From: Lama guanicoe
Lineage: Eukaryota
Assembly (NCBI GenBank): GCA_013239625.1
Contig: MU053472.1
Coordinates: 2,187,236-2,239,709, forward strand
Direction: 5' to 3'
DNA length: 52,474 nt
The position numbers were made by a program, and so were the translations under genes. Of this stretch, positions 36,785 to 48,505 are shown piece after piece (positions within the stretch are counted from its first letter, which is position 1; each line of letters begins with the position of its first letter). The notes beneath the pieces were generated by a model, which ran no database searches, had not been told where the DNA came from, and saw only the letters and a program-made list of their open reading frames with translations.

Positions 36785-38400
36785 AAATTCTGAAACCTTT
36801 TTGGAGTCCCAGAATGAAAGAAGAGGGAGAATGGAACAGAAGAAATATTTGAAGAAATAATGCTTGAGAAGTTTCCAAAACTCACAAAAGATATTAAGCC
36901 ATACACTCAAGAAGTACTAACACCCCAGGAATAATAGATAAAAAGAAAAATGTACCAGGAATATCACAGTAAAAGTACTGAGAACCAAAAACAAAGAAAA
37001 AAAAATCTTAGAAGTAGCCAGAGGGAAAAAAGACATATGACATTCCAGTGAGAACAATGGAAGTCAAAAGACAATAGATTGTTATTTCCAAAGTGGTTAT
37101 AGAAAAGAACTACAACCTAGAATTCTATACCCAGCAAAAATATCCCTCAAAAATGAATGTGAAAGAGAATTTTCAAACTACTAAATATTGAAAAAAATCC
37201 ATCACTAGCAGACAAATACTGAAAGAAATACTACTATAAAAATGTAATTTATTTTTATAACTTGATCTTGTAAAGTGAGACCTTATTAAGCACACTGATT
37301 AGTTCCAGCAGCTTTTCAATACATTCTTTATTATTTTCTACACAAGTCATCATGGTGTCTATGGATAAAAAGTTTTATGCATTCCTCTATAATCTATATA
37401 CTTTACTCTTTTACTCCTTTATTGCACTGGCCAGGGCCTCCAGTACAATGTTGAATAAAGGTGGTGAGAACAGATATCCTTATTTTGTTCCTGCTCTTAG
37501 AGAAAAGTATGTAATTTTTCACTGTAAGTTTTTTTGTTGGCCAAAGTTATTGCTATTATTATTAAAGACTATTTTTTTACAGAAGTTTTAGGTTATTGGC
37601 AAAATTGAGAGGAAGGTACAGAGATTTCCAATATTCCTCCTGCCCTTACACATGCATGGCCTCCCCCATTATCAGCAACACTCACCAGAGTGGTACATTT
37701 GTTACCACTGATGAATCTACAGTGACACATCATATCCCTCAAAATCCATAGTTTATCTTAGGGTTCTTTCTTGATGTTGCATATAATGACATGCATCCTT
37801 CATTATAACATCAATAGAGTATTTTCATTGCCCTGAAAAATCCTCTGGGCTCTGCCTACTTATCTGCTTCATCCCAACCCTGGAAACCACACTGATCTTT
37901 TTACAACTCCATAATTGTGCCTTTTCCAGTATGTCATAAAGTTGGAATCATACAGTATTTAGCTTTCTCAGATTGGCTTCTTATACTTAATAATATGTGT
38001 TTAGGTTTCCTCCATGTTTTTCCATGGCTTAATAGATCATTTCTCTCTAGTGCTGATTAGTATTCCATTATAATATTTCACTGACTAGATGTACCACAGT
38101 TTATCCATTCACCTACTGAAGGATATCCTTCAGTATCCTTCTTTGTTGCTTTCAAGTTTTGGCAATTATTAATGAACTGCTATAAGCATCCTGATGCGCA
38201 ATTTGTGGGGACTTAAATTTCAACTCCCTTCAGTAAATATCAAGCAGGACAATTGCTAGATTGCATGGTAAGAGTGTATTTAGTTTTGTAAAAAAAAAAA
38301 AAAAGCTGCCTAAATGTCTTCTAAAGTGGCTGTACAATTTTGCATTCCACCAGCAATGAATAAGTTCCTGTTGTTCCACATTCTCATCAACACTTGGTGT
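36785..38400. mobile_element. L1 fragment cluster: ORF1 (+) ~36785-37235, ORF2 (-) ~37240-37530, L1MC/MD 3' end (-) ~37565-38400
   Basis: caacctagaattctatacccagcaaaa; ccagtacaatgttgaataaaggtggtgag; ggtacagagatttccaatat. Confidence 0.85.
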
Positions 38401-41400
38401 GCAGAAGTTCTCTGCAAGGAACAAGGGGTCTGAGCAATATATTGGTTTCCCCAGCCATGGGTCCTGGACTAGGAAGATGAGCCCCTCAAAGGTCTGCTTT
38501 TGAAGGTTAATAGGGCTTGCATACGGGGTAGCTGGAAGGCTTCAGGAAACAGAATCCCCATAAAGGGCCCATGCGAAGGCTCACATGCTACAACACCCAG
38601 TGCAGAGGCAGTACTCTGAAAGGAGCCTGGGTTAGATTCACTTGCTGATATGAAGGAACACCCTAGAGAGATAGGAGGCAACTGGGACTCCCCCTGGGCA
38701 TACAGATAGTGGCAGCAGTCACTTTGAGGAGCTTGTTCTGTCGTGAGGACACTGCTTTTGGCAATCACCATTTTGGAATCCTTCCTCTAGGCTAGGGTTT
38801 TACCCATCTACCAGCTGGTTGACACTAGTCCTGGGACCCCCACAGCCATGCAGCCACCATACCAGGGCCCAGCCCGACTCACCAGTGGGCTAGCAGCTTC
38901 CACATGAGGCAGGGACTAACAGCCACTTGGGCCAGGGGCCAATCTTACTCATCAGCATGCCAACAGTAGTTGGCCCTACCACAATAGAGGGCACATGCAG
39001 CCCACATAGAGGACAACCCTAGAGAATATAGCTCTGAAGATCAGAGGGGAATGTGCTGCTGGGCCCCATAGGATGTCTCCTACATAGATTAGGAAACATG
39101 GTCAACCTACTTAATACATAGACTATAAACAGAGAATTAGGCAAAATGAGAAGACAGAGGAATACATTCCAATTGGAAGACCAAGATAAAACTCCAGAAT
39201 AAGAATTAAGTAAAGCAGAGAAAAGCAATCTACCCAACAGAGTTCAAGATAATGATCAAAAAGATGCTCAATGAACTCAGAGAAGAATGGGAGAACACAA
39301 TAAGAAGTTTAACAAAAAGTTAGAAAATATATAGAAGAAGCCAAACAGAGTTGAAGAATGCAATAATTTTTAAAGCACTAGAAACAATCAACAGTAGATT
39401 CGATGATACAGGGGAAATGAATCAGCAATCTAGAAGACAGACTAGTGAAAACCACCCAAGCTGAGCAGAAAAAATAATTTTTAAAAAATGAAGATCTTTT
39501 AAGAGAGCTCTAGAACAACATCAAGCATACTAGCATTAGGTGGGGAGGAGACAGCTCAGTGGCAGAGCACATGCTTAGCATGCATGAAGTCCTGGGTTCA
39601 ATCCCCAGCGCCTCCACTAAAAACAAACAAACAAGCAAATCTAACCACCACCCCCCCAAACAAACATATGGAGGTATAAAACTCAAGAGTAAAGAGAGCT
39701 ATATGTTCAAATTTAGAATAGTCTAATATTGTAATGGTGGTGTGTTAATCACTTTAAACTCCAGTATAAAAGTTAAATGACAAAAGTATTAAAAATAACT
39801 GTAGCTAAAATAATGTGTTAATTAATACACCATGAAAGATGTAAATTGTGACGTTAGAAGCATAAAATACTGGAGGGTAGGAAAAGTGTAGAGTCTTTGC
39901 AGTTGAAGTTATCACCTTAAAACAGACTTATAACTAGCAAGATATTTCAGGTAAGCCTCATGGTAACTACAGATCAAAAATCTATAGTAAATACACAAAA
40001 GATGTAGAAAAATGAATAAAAGCATACCACTAAGAAAATCAATTCTTTTGATTTTCAAAGGAAAGCAGCAATAGAGAAAGAAAGAAACTACAAAAACACC
40101 CAGGAAATAATTAACAAGATGGAAATAGTCCGTACCTATAAAACATTATTTTAAATGTAAATGAATGAAATTCTCCAAACAAAAGACACAGAGTGACTGA
40201 ACAGATTTTTTTTTTAAAGCAAGACTCTACTATATACTGTCTATATGAGATTCATTTCAGCCTTAAAGACATACATTGGCTGAAAGTAAATAAATGAAAA
40301 AAGATATTTTATGCAAATGGAAACAAAAAGAGGCCAGGGGGCAGCTATTCTTAAATCAGACAGAATAGACTGTAAGTTAAAAACTCTCACAAGAGAAAAT
40401 GAAGATCATCACATATTGATGATCATTATAAATCATTATTTATCATTATAAAGAGGTGACTTCATCAAGAGGATATAAAAATTGTAAATACATGCATCCA
40501 ATATCAGTACACCTAAATATATAAATCAAATATTAACAGATATAAATCAAATATTAACAGATCTGCAGGAAGAAGTAGACAAAAATACAATAATACAGTA
40601 GTGGACTTAAATATTCCAATTTCACCAAGGTATAGGTCATATAGACAGAAAATCAGTAAGGAAATATTGAACTTAAACTACACCTCAGACCAAAAGGACC
40701 TGACAGAACAATCCATCAAACAGCAGCAGAGTACATATTCTTTTCAAGTGCAAGAGCACCCAGTATATTCCCTAGGAAAAATCATACATGAGACCACAAA
40801 ACAAGGCTTAAGAAATTTCTAAGATTGAAATCTTATCAAGTATCTTCTCTGATCAAAATATGAAGCCAAAAAAAAAAAAGATATGAAGCCAGAAATCAGT
40901 AACAGGAGAAAAACTGGAAAATAAACAAAATATGAAAACTAAACAACACATTCCTGAACAACCAATGGTCAAAGAAGAAATCAAAAGGGAAATTTAAAAA
41001 CTATCTTGAGACAAGCAAAAATAGAAACACAATACAAATCTTAAGAGATAGAGGAAGAGCAGCTGTTAGAGGGAAATGTGTAGCAATAGACACCTACATT
41101 AAAAAAGAAAAATGGTCTCAACTAAACACCCTAATTTCACACTTCACAGAACAAGGGGGAAAAAAACAAAGTTTTCTTTCCTTCCTTAGCAGAAGGAAAG
41201 AAAAAACAAAGATCAGAGCAGAAACAAGTGAAGATTAGAGAAACAGCAGAAAAGACCAATGACACTGAGTTGTTTTTTTAAAAAGATGAGTGATATTGAC
41301 AATCTTTAGCTAGACTAAGGCAAAAAGAGGATGTACTTGAATAAATAAAATGATAAATGAAAGTGGAGTCATTATTACTGATACCACAGAAGTACAAACA

Positions 41401-44335
41401 ATCATAAAAGATTATTATGAACAATTATACACGAACAAATTGGGTAACCTAGAAGAAATGGATAAATTACTAGAAACATACAATCTACCAGGACTAAATC
41501 ATAAAGAAATAGAAAACCCAAACAGACAAATTGCTATTAAGGAGATTGAAGCAAGAATCAAAAACTGCCCAATAAAGAAAAATCAACAGGACCAGATGGC
41601 TGCATGAGGGAAATATGCAAAATATTTTAAGAAGAATTAATATCCATTCTTCTCAAACTCATAAAAATTGAAGTGGAAGGAACACCTCCAAACTCATTTT
41701 ATGAGGCGAACATTCCCCTACTAAAAAAAGGAAGGCAAGGATAGTACCAGAAAAAAAATTAGAGGCCAAATCCCTGATGAACATTGTTGAAAAATCCTCA
41801 AAAAATACTAGCAAATTGAGTTTGGTAGCACACTAGAAGAAAAATACACCATGATCAAGAGGGAGTTATCTCTGGAATGTAAGAATGGTTAACTTACGCA
41901 AATCAATAAATGTGATACACAACAGTAAGAGAATGAAGGATAAACATCATATGATCATCTCAATAGAAACAGAAAAAGCATTTGACAAAATGCGACATCT
42001 TTTTATGACAAAAACTCAACAAATTAGGTGTAGAAGGACTGTACCTCAACTTAATGATGGGCATTTAAGACCAGCCCACAGCTAATATCATACCCAATGG
42101 TGAAAATCTGAAAAATTTTCCTCTAAAATCAGGAAAAAGATAAAGATGCCCACTCTCACCTCTACTCTTCAACACGGTATTGGAAGTTGTAGTCAGAACA
42201 ACTAGGCAGGAAAGAGAAATAAAATGTATCCAAATTGGAATGGAATAAGTAAAATAGTTCTGTTTGCAGATGACATGATCTTTTACATAAAAACTCTAAA
42301 GGCTCCATCAAAAAAAATGTTAGAACTAATAAATAAATTCAGCAAAGTTATAGAGCACAAAATCAACACACAAAAATCACTTTTATTCCTATATACTAAC
42401 AATGAAATACCTAAAAAAGAAATTTCAAGAAAACAATCCCATTTATAGCATCATGAAAAAGATAAAATACTTAAGGATAAATTTAACCAAGGACATGAAA
42501 GATCTTTACACTGAAAACTAAGAAATATTAATGAATGAAATTGAAGACACACATAAATGGAAAGATATCTGTACATAGATTGGGAGAATTATTATTGTTA
42601 AAATTTCCATGCTACCCAAAGTAATCTACAAATTCATGCAATCTCCATAAAAACTCCAATGGCATTTTTTAACAGAAATATAAAAAATAATCCTAAAGTT
42701 CATATGGAACTACCAAAGACTCCAAACAGCCAAAGAAATGCTGAGAAAGAAGAGCAAGCTGGAGGTATCACACGGTCTAATTTTAAATTATATTATAAAC
42801 CTATAGTAATCAAAAAAGTATGGTACTGGCATAAAATCAGACATGCAGGCCAGTGGAACAGAATAAAGATTCCCAGAAATAAACCCATGCTTATACAATC
42901 AACTAATTCTTTGACAAGGGAACCAAGAATGCACAATGGAGAAAGGATAGACTCTTCAGGAAATGGTGGTGGGAAAACTGGGTCCTTATTTAACATCATA
43001 CATGAAAACCAACTCAGAGTGGATTAAAGATTCAAATGTATGACCTGAAACTGTTGAATTCCTAGAAGAAAACATAGGAGAAAATCTCCTTGACATTGGT
43101 CTTGGCAATGATTTTTTTGGTTATGACACCAAAAGTACAGGCAACAAAAGCAAAAATAAGTAAGTGGGACTGCATCAAACTAAAAAGCTTCTGCACAGCA
43201 AAGGAAAAAAGCATCAGAGTGAAGAGACAATCAATGGAATGGAAGAAAATATTTGAAAATTATATATCCAAAAATATATATGTAAGGAACTCATATACTA
43301 ACAGCAAAAAACCAAGTAATCCAATTAAAAATGAGCAGAGGAACTGAATAAACAGTTTTACAAAGACATACAGGTGGGCAATGGGTATATTAAAAGGTGC
43401 TCAACATCACTAATAATCAGGGAAATGCAAAACAATGAGATATCACCTCATATCTGTTAGGATAGCTATTAGTTTAAAAATAAGAGATAATAAGAGTTGG
43501 AGAGGGTGTGGAGAAAAGGGAACCCTTGTACACTATAGTGAAAATGTAAATTGGCATAGCCAACATGGAAAACAGTGTGAAAGTTCTTAAAATTTAAAAA
43601 TAGAACTGCCATATGATCCAGCAATTCCACTTCCAGGTATACATCTAAAGGGAATGAAATCACTATCTCAAAGACATGGTCCAAGCTGATCACAGCATTA
43701 CTCACAATAGCCAAGATATGAAAACAATCTAAGCGTTGTCAATAAATATGGATAAAGAAAATGTGGTGTATATGCATATGTGTATATGTATATATACAAT
43801 CTACATATATTCAAATGTGATATAAAATATTATTCAGCCTAAAAAAAATCCTGCCATTTGCAACATGCATAAACCTGGAGGGTATTATTAAGCTGAAATA
43901 AGCCAGACACAAAAGAAAAATACTGCATGATCTTACTTAGGCGTGGAATCTAAAAAAGTCCAATCCATTGAATCAGAGAGTAAAATGGTGGTTACTAGAG
44001 GTGGGGCAGGGGGAGGTGAGGAAAATGGAGAGATGCTGGTCAAAGGGCACAGACTTTCAGTTATAAGATGAATACGTTCTAGTTACAACATAGTAACCAT
44101 GGTGAATAATACTGTATCACACACTTGAAATTTGCTAGAAGAGTAGATTTTAATTGTCTCACCACACACAGAAAAAGGTAACTATGTGAGATTATGGATA
44201 TATTAATTAAGTTGACTATAGCAATTGTTTAACAATGTATCAAATATCAAAACATCATGCTGTAAATCTTAAATATATACAATTTGTATTTGTCAATTAT
44301 ACTTCAATGAAGTTGGAAAAAATCTTTAAAAAGCA
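38401..44335 (+). mobile_element. Near full-length degraded L1 (L1MA-like), ORF1 partly deleted
   Basis: GC-rich 5' region, ORF1 remnant at ~39150-39540, and colinear ORF2 remnants in the ORF track ([41 protein letters not shown]), then 3' UTR. Confidence 0.92.
39542..39662 (+). mobile_element. Vic-1-type SINE within L1, no TSD
   Basis: ggggaggagacagctcagtggcagagcacatgcttagcatgcatgaagtcctgggttcaatcccc. Confidence 0.85.
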
Positions 44336-44608
44336 AAGATATGAGATAATTTTTAAAGTGAATATTTTCACTCAGATACTGAGACAAATTTTATAGCCTA
44401 TAATAATTGTTTTATTTATTAAATGCTTGACAATAACTCATTCTTAATTTAATTTGCAATGTATGAATTTGAGAGGAGTTTGTTCCTTGATAAAAATACA
44501 AAATAATAAATATTCTTCCCTACAACTCACTGGTGAGAAGATATGAAAGACAATCACATAATTCTATCTACTCAAAACTTTTAAACCAGATTATAAAGCT
44601 AAGTCCAC

Positions 44609-44705
44609 CTGAACCCTTCATGGGCGAGGATTTCATTTCTAAGGCTGCAATAATTTCATTTGTGGCCAAGTCAGCTTCAGGAGCAGACAGATTACCAAAG
44701 ATGTT
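44609..44705 (-). pseudogene. Candidate pseudo-exon, 97 nt, phase 0-1, open
   Basis: ctgatctcag|A...CAG|gtggac. Reads NIFGNLSAPEADLATNEIIAALEMKSSPMKGS. Confidence 0.45.
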
Positions 44706-44815
44706 CTGAGATCAGTATGAAGCACAATTATAATAAACCAATTATAATGAAATTGTCAGATCACAGATGACAGCCAATTTCATGCATTTTGTAGCCACTG
44801 AATTTATGTAATCAC

Positions 44816-44878
44816 AACAGTAATAGAAATTGAACAAGAAAGATGTCATTGCAGATAATTCATTTGGAAAATCAAAAC
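44816..44878 (-). pseudogene. Candidate near-N-terminal pseudo-exon
   Basis: ctatctaag|GT. Reads FDFPNEL, then shifted CNDIFLVQF; compare recalled RGS22 FEDSLATDDFLVDYF. Donor weak. Confidence 0.4.
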
Positions 44879-46044
44879 CTTAGATAGATATTTTACAAAT
44901 AAGATTCTATGGGTCAGCAAATATGATTTTAAGAAAAATATGTTGTAGGAAAGTGTGGATTTATAAATATATGGTTAAAAATTATACTTTCATGATAATT
45001 TTTTGCTTATTTCTATCCCATTGATTCCTTTTAAGAGAAAACTAACATGTAAGTTTGAATAATATATTTAATCTTTTACCCTCTGTATTATTTCATTAAT
45101 AAAAATAGATGATAAAATATAGCTTGGTAGAAGAGCAATGCTTAAATAAATTTTTCACTTTTGTACTACTTTTAATGCATGGATTCTGAATGGTGTTCTA
45201 TAATATGCACAGAAGGAAACAGTTTAATAAACACAATCAGCAAATTATTTCATGCATCCTCTAATATAAAAGCCTGTTCCAAACTAAGAGGAATTCACAT
45301 GAGCTTTTCCTAAGACTTATTTATAGTGTGTTTGCAATAATAATAAGGACCAATCTGTTAGAAAACAAGTAAAGGACAAATTAATAAGGTCATCATTTTG
45401 GTCTAATGATGCTTAATGCAGTTTTAGCAATCTGCTCAAGACAAAAGGTAGCCACTCAGACATAGCCAATTATGCATTTGTGTGGCAGATGAAATCTTTA
45501 ATGATGAATCTGATTAACATTCAATAATAAACATACAGGCTGAGAAAATGACCAAGCTACCACCTGCAAACATCAACTAAGGCTTTGTTCAGATTGAGGT
45601 CAGACTGGTATTCCAGAAAGGCGCATTAAGATAAAAGTTTATCAAATGTGTTAACGTGGATCCCCCTAAAAAAACACAAAATCCCTATTATACGAAGGTC
45701 ACCTTTTTAACAGCTGACTTGTCTGATCAGTTAGGAAAATAATAGACCAAATTTCTCTATGAGTTGTATGTATTTAATTTTTTAGAGAAATTTTAAATAA
45801 ATGTGGTTTGATCTCCAAACACTGAAAACATAATGAAAATCATGCCACAGGAGATTTAGCAGTCCTACTGCTGAAGTTCTTGTACCAATGATCCTTTATG
45901 AGCAATTGAAGGGATTCTATTTTGCTCAGACTTCTATTACTAAAATGCCTGGGATCCAGTGGGGGTTTCATAACTGTTTATCTAAATAAACACTAATTAA
46001 AATAAAATACAAAAGAAGTTAGATGAGGAATCACAAATTATATA

Positions 46045-46840
46045 TTTTAAAATGTTTTACTGAAGAATAACATACCCACAAAAAAATATACAAGTAAGTT
46101 AAGCATTCACTGGATTTTCACAAAGTGAGCACACTCAATAACCAGTAACCAGATTTAAAATCTAAACATCAAGAAACAGCATCTTAAAAGCCCCTTCTAG
46201 TCACTAGATCTCTTCCTTTCAGTCCACTTACCTGACTTTAAACACCATACATTAATTTGGCTTGTTTTTGAACTTGTGTCGGGCTTTCCATCTCAACATT
46301 ATGTTTGTGAAAGTCTTCAATGTTTCTGAGCATTTTTATAGTGCTTTCAGTCTCATTGTGCAAATACACCACAATACGTATATATCTATTCTACTAAATA
46401 ATGATAAATTTTGTATTATTTATCCATTCTACTGTGCTTGCCGCTGTGTAGCTATAATGAATTGTGCTGCTATAAACAATCCTGTACATGTCTTTTGGTG
46501 AGCACATATATGCATTTCTGTTGGGCATATATCTAAAAGTACTGCTGGGGCTTAGGATATACATATATTCAATTTTATTATACACTGTGAGACGGTTTTC
46601 CAAAATGGTTATACCAATTACACTCCCATTAAGAGTGTCATGAGAGTTCGGGTTGTTCTACAATCTTGCCAATTCTTGGCATTTTCTGTCTTCATTTTAG
46701 CCATCTGGTAGGTATATAGTGATATTGTATTATGATTTTAATTTGCATTTACCTAATAATGAGGCTGACATATTTATTGGCCATTTGAATACCCTCTTTT
46801 TGTGAAGTACCTGTTCAAGTCTTCGGTCCACATTTTGCCT
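46045..46840 (-). mobile_element. Old L1 3' fragment
   Basis: gctgctataaacaatcctgtacatgtctttt, ttttaatttgcattt. Confidence 0.8.
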
Positions 46841-47349
46841 TCCAAGCCAAACTGCAACATCTCCTGGAAGTGGTTATACTAACCAGCATGCAAATAAAAT
46901 TTGAGTTTTAACTATTTTTTAAGTGTTAAAGGAATCAAAATACATCACTATGTTTAAGTTTCTGAGCTTATAGTGGAACTAAAAAACAAACAACCAAAAA
47001 CCATCACTATTGTAGGATGCTAGTGGATCAACTCAGTATAACAATTATGGTAAAGGAAGACATCAAGTATTTACCCTGGTTTTCCTATTTAAACTATACC
47101 TCTGAGTAACTAAATAGTACACAGGAACAAGTTATTCTTCCTAAGAGTACTCTGTATAATAACTGAATGACGGATGATAGAATTGGAGTATCACTATTTT
47201 GCAATTCCTAATGAATTAATGGCCCTAGGTATTGAATATCAATGGCTGTTAACATCATCAAAAGAGAAATACACAGGCATATACTTCTTGATGGAAAAAT
47301 ACAGTATTGCCTATGAAGTAGGTTCCAAAAATATTACTAGGGATACTAA

Positions 47350-48505
47350 AAGACAAAAAAATTTTTTTGAAGAGACAGAGCATCAAAAGTAGACTTGGAT
47401 ATGGCAGAAATGAAATTATCATACTGGGAACTTAAAACATGATAAATATGCAAAGGGCTCTAATGGAAAACGTGGATGGCATGCAGAAATGAATGGATAA
47501 TGTAAACAGAGAAATAGAGACTCTAAAGATAATCTAAAAGAAATGCTAGAAAGATTTGCAGTAGAGATTTGTAGTACAGATTTGAAGATACTGACTAATA
47601 TATATAAAATAGATAAACAACAAGTTTATGCTATACAGCACAGGGAACCATATTCAATATCTTACAGTAATCTACGGTGAAGAAGAATATGAGAACGAAT
47701 GTAGGTATGTTCCCATGTGACTCAAGTATTGTGTTGTACACCCAAAATTGACACAACATTGTAAACTGACTGTACTTCAATAAAAATTTTAAAAAAAGAA
47801 TACTGTAATAGAAATAAAGAATGCCTTGATGGGATCAATAGACTGGGGACACAGGTCTGGAAAGAATCAGTGAGCTTGAAGAAACGTCAACAGAAACTTC
47901 CAAAAGTAAAATGCAAAGAGGAAAAGGAATGAAAGAGAACAAAACATCTAAGAACTGTACACTTACATTACAAATTATAATTACAAAGGGTGTAACAAAT
48001 GTGTAATGAGAATAGCAGAAGGAGAAAAAGGAGAGAAAGGAATAGAAGAAATACTTGAAACAATGATGACTGACAATTCCCCCAAATTAATGACAAATAT
48101 CAAACCACAGATCCAGGAAGCTCATAAACTACTAAGGTGGAAAATTCCACAAAACTTACACCAAATCATATCATATTCAAACTTCAGAAAATCAAAGACA
48201 AAGGCTAAATCTTGAAGGAAGTCAGAGGAAGAAAACACATTACCTATAGAGGAGCAAAGATAATAATTACATTGAACTTCTCTTCAGGAAACATGCAAGC
48301 AAGAAGAGGGTGGAGTGAACTATTTAAAGTGTTGAAAGAAAAAAAGTAACCAACCTAGAATTCTGTATTCAGCTAAGTTATCCTTCAAAAGTAAAGGAGA
48401 ACTCAATACCTTCTCACATAAAAATTGAGGGAATTTGTTGCCAGTAGACAACTTTCATGCTTTGCAAGAAACGTAAGAAGAAATTCTTCAGAAAAAAAGA
48501 AAAAT
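47350..48505 (+). mobile_element. L1 ORF1 remnant interrupted by a younger L1 3' end (~47552-47800)
   Basis: IKPQIQEA in ORF 48006..48215; insert ends cattgtaaactgactgtacttcaataaaaa plus A tail. Confidence 0.85.

Larger units (their letters stand above)
643..44878 (-). pseudogene. Unprocessed multi-exon pseudogene of an RGS22/RGSL1-family multi-RGS-domain protein; continues beyond the left edge
   Basis: About 24 minus-strand segments bounded by acceptor AG and donor GT, mostly phase-compatible, all in non-repeat DNA. Translations show RGS-like motifs plus many stops and frameshifts. Similarity to RGS22/RGSL1 judged from memory. Confidence 0.75.

Noticed and set aside
41350..43347. ORFs with reverse-transcriptase motifs as an active or novel retroelement
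   Set aside because: They are short, frameshifted pieces of an ordinary decayed L1 ORF2.
643..44878. Calling the locus RGS22 or RGSL1 itself
   Set aside because: Only scattered motif-level similarity to the sequences I recall; a mammalian orthologue would be recognisably identical over long stretches.
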